A stretch of 64,000 bases of DNA, taken from contig CAWHAE010000016.1 in the NCBI GenBank assembly GCA_963827235.1, positions 576,001 through 640,000 of the forward strand. Reading direction: 5' to 3'. The DNA is from an uncultured bacterium (lineage in GTDB: Bacteria > Chloroflexota > UBA5177 > JANWHV01). This document shows, piece by piece, positions 12,068-22,534 of the stretch. The notes below the pieces were generated by a model. The model saw only the letters and a list, made by a program, of their open reading frames with translations, was not told the DNA's origin and searched no databases. Every line of letters starts with the position of its first letter. Position 1 is the stretch's first letter. A program made the translations under genes and the position numbers.

Positions 12068-13084
12068 TCAGGCGGGCGGCAGGGTGAAGCGGCCCTGGTC
12101 CATGATTGGGCGTCCATCCACCCAGATGCTGGTGCGCAGGGGAATCACGTCCACGTGGGTCCCGCTGGACCAGTCGGCGCCGGTGCGGTCCGGGTATGGG
12201 TTGCCGAAGGCGACGTGCAGGCCCGGAAATTTCTCGTCTTGCAAGAGATTGCCGGTAAGTTCGGTGAGCAGGTCATTGGTGCCGATAGCGAACTCTCCGG
12301 CACGGCGACCGTTGGGCGAGGCGCTCAGATAGTCCCAGATCTCGGTTGATAGGGCCCGGTCCGGATGGTCCACCGATACAACGTGGCTCTGTTCGACGTG
12401 GAACACCACCGGAGCGTCGAGGAGCCCATACTTCTCGCTGAAGTAATCCCCGATCAGGCGCGCAGTAAGCGTGCCCTCGAGGCCGGCGGGCGAGGTATAG
12501 GTCTCCCCCTCGGGCAGGTTCCCCCAGTCTCCCTGCTGGCGGTACAGGCCGTGACAGGGCACCCAGCGCAGCCGATCCGGATCGAAGCTGGCGGTGAGGC
12601 TGGTGCCCTCGTCGTTCTGCACGCGGATCGTGCGACAGGACGCGACCAGTGCATTCACTCGCGTGGTCAGGTCGGCGACGTGCTCATAGTCGACCCGCAT
12701 GCCGGTGCGCATCAGCTGTGGCGTGATGCCGATCATGTGGCCATGGCGCACATGAAGCTCGGTGCGGAGGAACGGTCCGAGAGGTATGCGGAAACCGATC
12801 TCGCCGGGGCGTCCCTGGGCAGCGAAGAAGCTCGCGGTCGGCCCGAAGGCGCGCATATCCGTAACCAACGTATCCGGGAGGCGAAGCAACGGGCGCGGTC
12901 CCAGTTCCTCGAGACGCATGAGCCGGCAGGTAGCGCCCCGCTCGTCCGCCGCAATGCGCAGCGCCTCGCCGATTGGGAGAGTCTCGTCGTCGGTAATGAT
13001 ATAGACGCGGTCCGCACGCGTGATGGCCAGGCACTGCACGACAGCGGTGCGAGCGCCGGGAAGCAGGTCGTCGAGCATTGTCAT
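12068..13084 (-). CDS. aminopeptidase, M29 (aminopeptidase T-like) family
   Basis: NLPEGETYTSP, GEFAIGTN, QDEKFPGLHVAFG, THVD. Confidence 0.85.
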   Translation of the reverse strand: MTMLDDLLPGARTAVVQCLAITRADRVYIITDDETLPIGEALRIAADERGATCRLMRLEELGPRPLLRLPDTLVTDMRAFGPTASFFAAQGRPGEIGFRIPLGPFLRTELHVRHGHMIGITPQLMRTGMRVDYEHVADLTTRVNALVASCRTIRVQNDEGTSLTASFDPDRLRWVPCHGLYRQQGDWGNLPEGETYTSPAGLEGTLTARLIGDYFSEKYGLLDAPVVFHVEQSHVVSVDHPDRALSTEIWDYLSASPNGRRAGEFAIGTNDLLTELTGNLLQDEKFPGLHVAFGNPYPDRTGADWSSGTHVDVIPLRTSIWVDGRPIMDQGRFTLPPA

Positions 13085-13336
13085 GAGGGGCGGCTCCTGG
13101 CACTGAGCGATGTGGGGCCGCGACGGCGGCTCCTTCTGGTAGCCCCAGTGTACCGCGGCCATACCGGAGGCGGCTTGCTCGGCACGGTGACGGTTATGCC
13201 GTCTTTGGCCAGCGTGGCCGGTCTTGGCTCCGCGGGGTAGCCATCCGATATGATGAGGTCGGGCGCTTAGCGAGCATGGCGGGCCGCAATGAGTCGGCGA
13301 CCTCGCGGAACTGCCCTCCCGTGAAGGCGGTGCACG

Positions 13337-14401
13337 ATGGACGACGAATACGAGCTGCTCGCGGCAGCGCTTGACGCGCTGCCCAACGGCTTTGCGCGCA
13401 CCACCGCCGGCCTTGAGCTGCGCATCCTGCGCAAGATCTTCTCACCGGACGAGGCTGAGCTGGCATGCCGCCTAACAGGCACTGCTGCTAGCGCAGTGGA
13501 GATTGCCGCCCGCGTCCGGCTGCCGGCTGCAGAGGTCGCTCGACGCTTGCCCGCGCTCGTCGCCCGAGGTCTGGTGCGCCAGGAGTCCGAAGGTGATGTC
13601 CCTTTGTTCCGGCTGGCGCCGTTCATGGTAGGTATCTTCGAGTCACAATCGGATGTCCTTGATCACGAGCTGGCGCACCTGGTTGAGGGCTACATGGCGG
13701 CCGGCGGCGCGGCAGGCATCATGCAGCCGGAACCAGCCCTCCATCGCGTCCTGCCAGCGCAGGGCACGGTGAAATCTGAATGGATTCTTCCCTACGAAGA
13801 CGTGCGCGCACTGCTGTTGGCTGCTACTACTTACAACGCGGGAACTTGTATCTGCCGTGCGGAGCGCGAGCTGGTCGGTCAGAAGTGCGCGTATCCGCGG
13901 GACATGTGTCTGAGCTTCTCCACCGCGGTGCGGGAATGGCAGCCCGGTGACCTCACGCGCGACGAAGCGCTCGCACTGCTCGACCGGACGGAGGAGCTTG
14001 GTCTGGTGCACACAGTCTCCAACGTCATGCAGGGCGTGGACTATGTTTGCAATTGCTGTGGCTGTTGCTGCGCCATCCTGCGCGGGATCACGGAGTGGGG
14101 CATAAAGCAGTCGGTCGCGGCGGCGAGCTACTACGCCGTCATCGATGAGGACCTCTGCGCGGCATGCGGGACGTGTGTGGGGCGCTGCCAGGTCCACGCC
14201 ATTGCCGAACGCGATGGCGTTCCGGTCGTGAGCCGCGAGCAATGCATCGGCTGCGGATTGTGTGCCAGCGGCTGCCCCAACAGAGCGGCCAGGCTGGAAC
14301 GCAAGGCCGAGGCTGAGCACCTACCTACGCCCGTCGATCGCTTCGCCTGGGAAGACGAGCGCGCGCGCAACCGAGCGATGGCCGGCGCCGCTGGTCGCTA
14401 G
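13337..14401 (+). CDS. 4Fe-4S dicluster protein with N-terminal wHTH and Cys-rich central region
   Basis: CICR, CNCCGCCC, CAACGTCVGRC, CIGCGLCASGCP. Confidence 0.85.
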   Translation: MDDEYELLAAALDALPNGFARTTAGLELRILRKIFSPDEAELACRLTGTAASAVEIAARVRLPAAEVARRLPALVARGLVRQESEGDVPLFRLAPFMVGIFESQSDVLDHELAHLVEGYMAAGGAAGIMQPEPALHRVLPAQGTVKSEWILPYEDVRALLLAATTYNAGTCICRAERELVGQKCAYPRDMCLSFSTAVREWQPGDLTRDEALALLDRTEELGLVHTVSNVMQGVDYVCNCCGCCCAILRGITEWGIKQSVAAASYYAVIDEDLCAACGTCVGRCQVHAIAERDGVPVVSREQCIGCGLCASGCPNRAARLERKAEAEHLPTPVDRFAWEDERARNRAMAGAAGR

Positions 14402-14527
14402 CCCCGGTCCAGGCCGCCGTCCCGAATGACCGCGCGCTCTGTGCATTCGTACCTGTCGGCTGCCCCTCGGCGCTCAGTGTCAATCAGGGTCGTGCCATGT
14501 GCAGGCTTAGCTCGCGACCTCATTTTG

Positions 14528-15079
14528 CTAGTGGGCAGCCGGACCGGCAATCGTGATACTGGCAAAGATGCGGGCAAGAGCACGACCTTGCGCCGCCGCC
14601 GGGCCGCGCGGGGTGCCGCCCACCGTGGTCACCAGAGCTGAGCCGAACACGTACATGACATGTGCACGGTAGGCAACCAGCCCGGTGAACGTGACCGCCT
14701 GGCCCGAGTCTCGATTGACTTTCGCCACGCCTCGCGTGAGCTGCATGCCGTGGATCAGCACGCGAGAGTAGCTTACTTTCGCTGAAGCCGGCACGCCGGC
14801 GGAGCCGAGGATGTCCAGCACCAGCTTGCGCAGATCGGCGGCAGTCGGTGCGGCCATACCGCCCTCAGCGCCCGCGTCAAAGGCCGCACCGGTGTCCGCA
14901 GTGCGAACCGCCAGGTCGGTGCCGGATGCAGCGAAGTGCTGCCAGTCGCCGGGATAGGAGACGCTATAGCCAAGCTTCGCGTTGTGATAGACGCGCCAGC
15001 CCGCGGCGGACGCCTGGGGAGCGATACCAAGATTGACGAGCGTCGTCGCAAGTGCAAGTACTATCGCCAGGTATCGCAT
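14528..15079 (-). CDS. secreted hypothetical protein (PsbP-like fold possible)
   Basis: Signal peptide MRYLAIVLALATTLVNLGIAPQASA; GYSVSYPGDW; SD AAGGA. Confidence 0.7.
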   Translation of the reverse strand: MRYLAIVLALATTLVNLGIAPQASAAGWRVYHNAKLGYSVSYPGDWQHFAASGTDLAVRTADTGAAFDAGAEGGMAAPTAADLRKLVLDILGSAGVPASAKVSYSRVLIHGMQLTRGVAKVNRDSGQAVTFTGLVAYRAHVMYVFGSALVTTVGGTPRGPAAAQGRALARIFASITIAGPAAH

Positions 15080-15603
15080 TGCTCTATTCCTTTCACGCAA
15101 AGCAAATTCGTCGACGTCCCAGGCCGCCTCAAACATAGGGCTCCGCAGGCTACGTCCGTCCCGCTGAACGAGGCCGGCAGTGGAGGCCTCCTTTTCATGC
15201 TACCTAACGCAGAGCCCGGATCCGGATCCGCGAGCTGCGTGGCACCAGGCGATGGCGTCCATGCGCTTGAGACCGCCAATCCAACTCTTGTTTGACCCGT
15301 CCTCGACGGCCCAAGAATAGCCATCTCGAACGCCATAGACCCTCCTGGCGGTCCTGGAAAGGCCCCACTAACTCGGCCGCGGCGCTGCCAACAGACAGCG
15401 CTCGCCAGGGTGCAGAGAGTGCTGATCAGAGGACACCGTGGCCGTCTCGTCCATGAGCTTGCGAAGCGAAAACGCGGCAGCATGATTGGGCCGCGAGCGT
15501 GACTCCAAGGTGCTACCGGCTACAGAGGCGACGCACAGCGCCATCGCCCTTGGCTCGGCACGCTAGCCGCCGACGCAGGAAGTAAGCGCCGCTCGCCCGA
15601 ACT

Positions 15604-16644
15604 CTACGCTCGGGCCGGAACGCCGGTGGAGCGGCGGACGACCAGCGTGGTCGGGAGCCAGAGCTGTCCGGTCGGCTCGACGGCGGGGCCGACACCCACC
15701 GCGCTGAGCGCCTGCTTCGCGGCTGCCATGCCGATGGCGACCCTGGGCAGTGCGACGGTGGTAAGCGGCGGGTTGACGAGCGATGCCGGGATGATGTCGC
15801 CGATGCCGATCACCGACAGAAAGCGCGGAATACGCAATCCCTGCTCCTCCGCGCTCTGGATGAGGCCGATTGCCGCCATGTCGCTCACGGCAATGAGCGC
15901 CGTGGGCCGCGGTCTGAGCGCGAGCACGGCTTCCAGTGCAAGGCGCCCGCCGTCCAGGCGTGCGTTGCCCGGCACCGTGCAGAGCGACTGCCGGTTCCCA
16001 CCGCTCTGTTCCCACGCGGCAACGGCGATGGCCTCCAGCGACGAGCCTTCCGCCAGGTCGTCGGTCATCAGGGCGATTCGCTCGTGACCCAGCTCCCGCA
16101 GGTGGTCGGCCGCGGCCCGCAGCCCGGTCATGAGGTCCGGCGTCACGTGGACGCCGGCGTCGATGGCGCCCGGACCGCTGTTCACGAGCACCGTTGGCAG
16201 ACGCGCGGTCGCCATGCGCTCCAGGATCTCCGGTGAGAGACCGTCCGTCACGACGATCACGACGTCGACGCGCCTGCTGGCCAATGAATCGAGGAAGGCC
16301 GCCACGCGCTCTCCGTTGCCGGCCGCGCTGCAGACGAGAAGGTCGTAGCGCGCTCCGGCAAGGACCGACTCCACACCGCTCACTATGTCGGGAAAATGCG
16401 GATCCAGCATATCTGCCACGAGTATGCCCATGGTCATAGTGCGGCCGCTCAGCAGGCTGCGTGCGGCAGCACTTGGCCGATAGTTGAGCTCGCGCGCGAT
16501 GCGCAGTATACGCTCCCGTACCTCCGTGCTGATCGGCGCCGTGCCGTTGAGCGCATGCGAGACCGTGGAAGGCACGACGTTGGCCATGCGCGCCACGTCG
16601 GCAATGGTCGTCGGTCGTGGCCGCTTGCGGGCGTCTACTGACAT
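15604..16644 (-). CDS. LacI family transcriptional regulator
   Basis: TIADVARMANVVPSTVSHALN, YRPSAAARSL, SDMAAIG, PPLTTV. Confidence 0.93.
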   Translation of the reverse strand: MSVDARKRPRPTTIADVARMANVVPSTVSHALNGTAPISTEVRERILRIARELNYRPSAAARSLLSGRTMTMGILVADMLDPHFPDIVSGVESVLAGARYDLLVCSAAGNGERVAAFLDSLASRRVDVVIVVTDGLSPEILERMATARLPTVLVNSGPGAIDAGVHVTPDLMTGLRAAADHLRELGHERIALMTDDLAEGSSLEAIAVAAWEQSGGNRQSLCTVPGNARLDGGRLALEAVLALRPRPTALIAVSDMAAIGLIQSAEEQGLRIPRFLSVIGIGDIIPASLVNPPLTTVALPRVAIGMAAAKQALSAVGVGPAVEPTGQLWLPTTLVVRRSTGVPARA

Positions 16645-18353
16645 GGCTGCAGCCCCATCCCCGGGAGGTCGGCCTCGTCCGCGGGCCAGGCGGGACGCCG
16701 TGGCGTGCTCTGCACCACCATGTGGTCGGCGCCCTGGGCAGCGCGTCCCGCCGTGCCCAGGGCATGTTGGAACACGAGCTCCTGGGTCGCCGTTGACCGG
16801 CTGAACTCGGCCACGATGCGGCCCTTGCGGACCACACCGACGCGGTCAGCGACGTTTAGAAGCTCAGGCAGCTCGGAACAGATGACCAGCAGTCCGATGC
16901 CCTGCGCGGCAAGGTAGCGAATAAGCGAGCAGATCTCCATCTTTGCCGTGACATCCACGCCTCGCATGGGCTCATCAAGGATCAGAACCTTGGGCAGCGT
17001 AGCAAACCACTTGGCAAGGACGACCTTCTGTTGATTCCCCCCCGACAGCCCTTGCACCGCGCACGACTGTACAGGCGTGCAGACGCCAAGCTGCGCGATA
17101 AGCCGCGCGGCCATGCGCAGGCCGATCCCCGGCGTCACCAGCCCGGCATGGGCGATGCGGTCCCAGATGGGCAGTGCCACGTTTGCACTGGCCGGCTGAC
17201 GCAAAATGAGTCCGTCCACTTCTCGATCCTCGGTCAGCATGCCGATCCCTGCCTTGATAGCGTCGCGCGGCGAGCGGATACGCAGCGACCGGCCATACAC
17301 GCGGATCAACCCGCCGTCGAGCGGATCAACGCCGAAGATGGCACGTGCGATTCTTGTCCGGCCGGAGCCTGTCAATCCTGCCAGGCCGTAGATCTCGCCC
17401 GCCGTGATCTCGAAGCTTACGTCCTCGAAGATATTCCGCCGGCTCAGATGCTCCACCTGTAGTGCCACGGATCGTCCGGGCCGGTTGAGCACGCCAACTC
17501 CGGCTTGCTCACCCGCCCCGACCCGCATGACGAACTGACTGATCAAGGACTCGCGCGTGACCTCGGCTACTCTGATCGCCTCCGTGGTTGTGCCGCTACG
17601 CATGATGGTAACACGGTCGGCGATGGTCAAGACCTCGTCCAGCTTATGGCTGATATAGATCACCCCGGCTCCGCGATCCCGCAGATGGCGCAACACCTCG
17701 AACAGGCGGGCGGTCTCCACGGATCCGAGGGCAGCAGTCGGTTCGTCGAGGATACACAGCCGCACGTTGCGGATGAGCGCCCTGGCAATGGCCACGATCT
17801 GGCGCTCAGCCAGGCCCAATTTGGCCACGGGCGTGGCCGCGTCGAAGGAGGCGCCCAGCTCGCGCAGCAAATCGGTGGCGCGGTCGCGCATCTGGTGCCG
17901 ATGCATGAGAGGGATGCGCTCGAACACCAGCTCGGCGCCCAGGAAGATATTGTCGGCGACCGTCAAGCCGGGCACGAACTGCGGTTCCTGGTGGATGGTC
18001 ACGATACCGTACCGCTGAGCGTCTCGGGGTGAGGCAAACCGCACCTTTCGGCCGGCAATACGCATCTCACCGGCGTCCGGGGCATAGATGCCGGCCACGA
18101 TGTTGGCCAGCGTCGTCTTGCCGCTGCCGTTGGCGCCGACTATGGCGTGGATCTCCCCCGGACGCACCTCCAGGTCGGCCGAAACGATGCCGGAACCCTG
18201 GATGAAGCTTTTCCGTATGCCGCGCAGCTCGACAAGGGGCTCCTCCGCGGCCCCAAGGCCCTGCGGAGCGATCGATGCTCTTGTCGTGCCTTGCAACGCC
18301 GCGCCGGCGCCACGATCGTCGTGCCTGCGCCGCTCGAAAGGTAGGATGTTCAT
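16635..18353 (-). CDS. sugar ABC transporter ATP-binding protein (second RbsA-type fused double NBD)
   Basis: GANGSGKTT, ILDEPT, GLTGSGRT, LSGGNQQKV. Confidence 0.92.
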   Translation of the reverse strand: MNILPFERRRHDDRGAGAALQGTTRASIAPQGLGAAEEPLVELRGIRKSFIQGSGIVSADLEVRPGEIHAIVGANGSGKTTLANIVAGIYAPDAGEMRIAGRKVRFASPRDAQRYGIVTIHQEPQFVPGLTVADNIFLGAELVFERIPLMHRHQMRDRATDLLRELGASFDAATPVAKLGLAERQIVAIARALIRNVRLCILDEPTAALGSVETARLFEVLRHLRDRGAGVIYISHKLDEVLTIADRVTIMRSGTTTEAIRVAEVTRESLISQFVMRVGAGEQAGVGVLNRPGRSVALQVEHLSRRNIFEDVSFEITAGEIYGLAGLTGSGRTRIARAIFGVDPLDGGLIRVYGRSLRIRSPRDAIKAGIGMLTEDREVDGLILRQPASANVALPIWDRIAHAGLVTPGIGLRMAARLIAQLGVCTPVQSCAVQGLSGGNQQKVVLAKWFATLPKVLILDEPMRGVDVTAKMEICSLIRYLAAQGIGLLVICSELPELLNVADRVGVVRKGRIVAEFSRSTATQELVFQHALGTAGRAAQGADHMVVQSTPRRPAWPADEADLPGMGLQPCQ

Positions 18354-18390
18354 GGCCACCTCGCCACGTACAGAACTGCACCTTTCACGC

Positions 18391-18418
18391 ATCGTACCAC
18401 ATCATGCAAGCGTTTCAA
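18391..18418 (-). promoter_or_regulatory. internal promoter (TTGAAA-16-TACGAT) overlapped by a LacI-type operator TGCAAGCGTTTCAA
   Basis: AANCGNTT palindromic core at 18405-18418, upstream of the ATPase-lacI pair. Confidence 0.6.
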
Positions 18419-18698
18419 TGAGCTCCCGACCAGACTCGCGTAGGCTAGCATACGCCACCGGCGAGCCCAAGGTGCGGGCGGCCTGCGTTCCAGTGTGCAC
18501 TCGCGTCACACGCCGGCCGTCGGGACGACACCACGCATCGATCGCCTGGCGGGGACCGCGCTCCGCCGGTCGCCTCCGCCGGCTGCAAGGATCATCCCGT
18601 GCCGCTGCACTCTGGCTCCACGAGGGGCCGTGCTCCGTGCTAGGAAACGCATGCCGCCGTTCGATCAACGTGCTATCCGCAGGCGGCGATGTGATGCG

Positions 18699-19811
18699 TC
18701 AGGTAGGCTGGGCTGACGGCGCGCCGGGCGCTGGGCCGATTGCTTGCGGCGGCCTGCGCAGCGGAATACCGCCCACGCTCATGGCCGGCAAAATCACCAT
18801 TTGTACAAGCACAACGGCCAGCAGCACGACGCCGCGCGCCACCTGCTGCCAGTTGGACCCCAACCCGAGCAGATTGAAGATGTTGGGCAGGATCTGGATG
18901 ATCATCAGGCCGACGAAGGTGCCCCTCACCGTGCCCACGCCGCCAGTCAGCAGCGTGCCGCCGACCACGACGGCCGCGATAGCGTCGAGCTCGTAGGTCA
19001 CGCCCGCTGTGGGCGGTGCCGACACCTGGCGAGAAGCGTAGAGTATGCCGGCCAGTCCCGCCAACATGCCGCTGCAGGTATAGACGGCGATCTTGACTCG
19101 CTTCACGCGCACGCCCAGCAGCAGCGCCGCGGCTTCGTTGCCGCCGACGGCAAAGACGTGCCGGCCGAAGGGCGTATAGCGAAGCAGGGCGGCTAGGGCG
19201 ATGAAGGCCAGCACGGCGATGAGCGCTCCGGAGGGTATGTTCCAGGGGATGAATGGCAGTGGGGTCTCGGCCACGTTCTGGAAGCCGCTTCCCGGGGCCA
19301 CGCTGACCGCCGATGCCCCGGCCCCGGAGGTGGAGGCATTGTTGGCCATGGAGGCGAACTGCAGCGATAGGCCGCGGGCTATGGAGAGCATCGCCAGGGT
19401 GATGATGAACGGCGGCACCCGCGTGTAGGCGATACCGATGCCGTTGACCAGACCCACCAGCCCCGTCGCCGCGAGGGCGACGACTATGGCCACGAAGATA
19501 CCGTGCGAGGACATAGCGGCGGCGAAGAAGGCACCCAGCGCCAGCACGGAGCCCACCGAAAGGTCGATGCCGCCGCTCAGGATAGCCAGCATCTGAGCGC
19601 AGGCAAGCACGCCGAAGACCGCCATCTGGTCCGAGAGATTGCCAATGTTATTGCCGGTCAGGAAGTGCGGCGAGAGGACCGAGCAGACGATCACGAGCAA
19701 TACCAGCACGACCAGCGACGTTTCGCGCTGCAGCAGCGCCAGGATCTGCGCCGCGATAGGCACCGATGGGCGTCGCTCACGCTGCACTGGATTCGCCTCT
19801 TTCTCACTCAT
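18699..19811 (-). CDS. sugar ABC transporter permease (YjfF/RbsC-like)
   Basis: GGIDLSVG, FGRHVFAVGGNEAAA, YELDAIAAVVVGG. Confidence 0.93.
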   Translation of the reverse strand: MSEKEANPVQRERRPSVPIAAQILALLQRETSLVVLVLLVIVCSVLSPHFLTGNNIGNLSDQMAVFGVLACAQMLAILSGGIDLSVGSVLALGAFFAAAMSSHGIFVAIVVALAATGLVGLVNGIGIAYTRVPPFIITLAMLSIARGLSLQFASMANNASTSGAGASAVSVAPGSGFQNVAETPLPFIPWNIPSGALIAVLAFIALAALLRYTPFGRHVFAVGGNEAAALLLGVRVKRVKIAVYTCSGMLAGLAGILYASRQVSAPPTAGVTYELDAIAAVVVGGTLLTGGVGTVRGTFVGLMIIQILPNIFNLLGLGSNWQQVARGVVLLAVVLVQMVILPAMSVGGIPLRRPPQAIGPAPGAPSAQPT

Positions 19812-19834
19812 TGCACGTCACACGTCTCCGGCGG

Positions 19835-20935
19835 CTACTGCCGCGCCAGCCCGCCCTGCAAGATCACGGCGCCCGCCACGATCACACCATTGGCGATAAG
19901 CTGCGTCTGCGTCGGCCAGCCGGCCTGGATGAACAGCGCGTAGAGCACGGTCAGGATCAGGCCGCCGATCATTGTCCTGCCGATTCCGCCACTGCCGCCG
20001 AGCAGCGACGTGCCTCCCACCACGACCATGGCAATGCTCTGCAGTTCGAAGTTCAAGCCGTCGTTGAATGGATCGGCCGTGGAGTTGTGCGAGGCGTAGA
20101 GCACGCCCGCCAGACCGGCCAGAAGGCCGCTCACCGTGTAGACGAGGATTTTCACCCGGTCGACCGGGATGCCGGCCAATCGAGTCGCGCGCTCGTTGCC
20201 GCCCACAGCAAAGATGTAGCGACCGACGACAGTGCGTGCCAGGAAGAATCCCGCCGCCAGGTAGACGACGATGGTCAGAATGACGCTCATCGGTACCAGG
20301 CCCAGCCCCGGCACGGGGCCATAGTTGGTAGTCGCATAGGTCACGAAGTTCGGGTCTTGAATGTAGGTGACGCCGGCGCTGGCAATTGTCTCCGCCACGC
20401 CGCGCGCCGCGATCATCACCGCCAGCGTGACCACGATCGGCTGGATGCCTGTCTTGGCAATCACCGTGCCGGAGAAGCCGCCCAGCACCGCGCACAGCAG
20501 CATGGGTAGCGCGAACGCCGCTATCGTGCCGTACCCGTTGTTCATCAGCACAGCGGCCGAACAGGATCCCACAGCGAGCACGGCGCCGACGGACAGGTCG
20601 ATGCCGCCGGTGAGAATCACCAGCGCTTGGCCCACGCCGATCAGCGCGTATGACAGGCAGAAAGTCTGCAACTGCAGCCGGATATTGAGCTCGGTGAGGA
20701 AGTTGGGGCTTATGACGGAGGTAATGATGACCAGAACGATGAGCGCAACAAACGATCCGTACTGCTGCAGGAACGGCAGCACCCGCGTGGTGTAAAACGC
20801 GCCGCGACCGATGATGACGCGCCCCAGCATAGATCTCTTGATCGCCAGACCGGCGGCCGACTGGACCGGCGGAGCAGACGACTCGGCGCCGGTCGGCGGT
20901 GGCAGCTCTGCGCTCTCGGGCTTCACCAGGCTCAC
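19835..20935 (-). CDS. sugar ABC transporter permease (YtfT/RbsC-like)
   Basis: GGIDLSVG, IQPIVVTL, GGNERATRLAG, FELQSIAMVVVGG. Confidence 0.93.
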   Translation of the reverse strand: MSLVKPESAELPPPTGAESSAPPVQSAAGLAIKRSMLGRVIIGRGAFYTTRVLPFLQQYGSFVALIVLVIITSVISPNFLTELNIRLQLQTFCLSYALIGVGQALVILTGGIDLSVGAVLAVGSCSAAVLMNNGYGTIAAFALPMLLCAVLGGFSGTVIAKTGIQPIVVTLAVMIAARGVAETIASAGVTYIQDPNFVTYATTNYGPVPGLGLVPMSVILTIVVYLAAGFFLARTVVGRYIFAVGGNERATRLAGIPVDRVKILVYTVSGLLAGLAGVLYASHNSTADPFNDGLNFELQSIAMVVVGGTSLLGGSGGIGRTMIGGLILTVLYALFIQAGWPTQTQLIANGVIVAGAVILQGGLARQ

Positions 20936-22446
20936 CCCTCTGAGATGACTTTCATCACGCGGTCCTCGCTCGCCTCGGCGCGAGGGAATTCGCCGACCTT
21001 TCTTCCGTCCTTGATCACCACGACCCTATCGCTTCCCTCTACCACCTCCTCGAGCTCGGACGAGATCATGAGCAGGCTCATGCCCTGCTCTCGCGCCAGC
21101 TCCTGGATCAGCCGCTGGATCTCAAGCTTGGCGCCGACGTCGATGCCCCGCGTGGGCTCGTCCAGAATCAGGAAGCGGGGACGCCGGCACAGCCAGCGCG
21201 CCAGGATCACCTTCTGCTGATTGCCGCCCGACAAGCGCCCGACCGGCGTGCCGGCGCTCGGCGCGCGGATGTCGAGCCGGCGGATCATCTCGTCAACCAC
21301 GGCACGCTGCCGCCGCGGGCTGATAACGCCCATACGCGAGAAGAGCGGCAGCGCCGCCAGCAGGATGTTGTCTCGCACGCTCAGCTCCGGTACGATGCCT
21401 TCGACCTTGCGGTCCTCGGTGACATAGCCCATACCGGCGCGTACGGCCGCCCACGGCGAGCGGATGCGCTGTCGCCGCCCCTCCATGCGGATTGTGCCCG
21501 ACTCCGCGCGATTGAGTCCGAAGATAACGCGCGCCAACTCCGTGCGGCCCGACCCGAGCAGTCCGGCAAGGCCGACCACCTCACCCCTATGCGTGCGGAA
21601 GCTCACGTCTCTGGGGGACCTGCCACCGGTGAGATGCTCGACCTCGAGCACCGGCTCGCCCGCCTCCGCGGCCGTTTCGCTGAATGCCGTCGTGCCCAGA
21701 GCGCGCACCTGCTCCGGATCCCGACCGAGCATCAGCGCGACCAGACTGAGCACGTCGATGCTCTTCACGTCGGTGGTAATCACAAGCCGTCCATCACGCA
21801 GCACCGTCACTCTGTCGGCCAGTGTGAAGACCTCCTCGAGCCGGTGGCTGACGTAGATAATGCCCACGCCACGCGCCTTCAGCTGCCGGATCACGGCAAA
21901 GAGCACCTGTACCTCGGCGGCATCCAGCGAGGACGTCGGCTCGTCCATGACCACCAGGCTGGCGTCCAGCGAGACGGCACGGGCGATGCTCACCATCTGC
22001 TGCAGGGCGACGCTGATCTGCGATACGGGCACGGCGAGGTCCACGTGGATATCGAAGCTCTGCAGCAGCTTGCCGGCTTCGCTGCGCATCCTCGCCCAGT
22101 CGATAGTGCCCAGTCGGGTGCGAGGCTCGCGACCAAGGAAGATGTTCTCGGGCGCTGTCAGATAAGGCACCAGGTTGACTTCCTGGTAGATTGTCGCGAT
22201 GCCCGCCGCCTGCGACGCGGCCGGGGTGGCGAACGAGACCTCTTTTGCGCGGAGCACAACGCGACCGCCGTCCTTGGCGTAGGCTCCTGTCAAGATCTTG
22301 ATCAGTGTCGACTTACCTGCGCCGTTGTGCCCGACCAGAGCGTGCACCTCGCCGCGCTGCACGTCGAAATCGATGGCGGAGAGCGCCTGGACGCCCGGGA
22401 AGCTCTTGCTGACGCCACGCATTTGCAGTAGTGATTCGGCGGCCAT
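20932..22446 (-). CDS. sugar ABC transporter ATP-binding protein (YtfR-like)
   Basis: GHNGAGKST, MDEPTSSL, GLLGSGRTE, LSGGNQQKV, DEPTRGIDVG; SD AGGAG. Confidence 0.95.
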   Translation of the reverse strand: MAAESLLQMRGVSKSFPGVQALSAIDFDVQRGEVHALVGHNGAGKSTLIKILTGAYAKDGGRVVLRAKEVSFATPAASQAAGIATIYQEVNLVPYLTAPENIFLGREPRTRLGTIDWARMRSEAGKLLQSFDIHVDLAVPVSQISVALQQMVSIARAVSLDASLVVMDEPTSSLDAAEVQVLFAVIRQLKARGVGIIYVSHRLEEVFTLADRVTVLRDGRLVITTDVKSIDVLSLVALMLGRDPEQVRALGTTAFSETAAEAGEPVLEVEHLTGGRSPRDVSFRTHRGEVVGLAGLLGSGRTELARVIFGLNRAESGTIRMEGRRQRIRSPWAAVRAGMGYVTEDRKVEGIVPELSVRDNILLAALPLFSRMGVISPRRQRAVVDEMIRRLDIRAPSAGTPVGRLSGGNQQKVILARWLCRRPRFLILDEPTRGIDVGAKLEIQRLIQELAREQGMSLLMISSELEEVVEGSDRVVVIKDGRKVGEFPRAEASEDRVMKVISEG

Positions 22447-22461
22447 GACACTCCTACTTGA

Positions 22462-22501
22462 CCGGCAAGGCGCCTGCACCGTTGTGCCGGCGCCTTGCCG
22501 G
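22462..22501 (-). terminator. intercistronic hairpin after the substrate-binding protein gene
   Basis: CCGGCAAGGCGCC...GGCGCCTTGCCGG, a 13-bp inverted repeat. Confidence 0.55.
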
Positions 22502-22534
22502 GGCGGAATAGCGGGATAGCCTTCAGACGCTGTG

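Noticed and set aside
15100-15600. Possible small gene between the secreted protein gene and lacI
   Set aside because: The ORFs lack an SD, motifs or protein-like composition.
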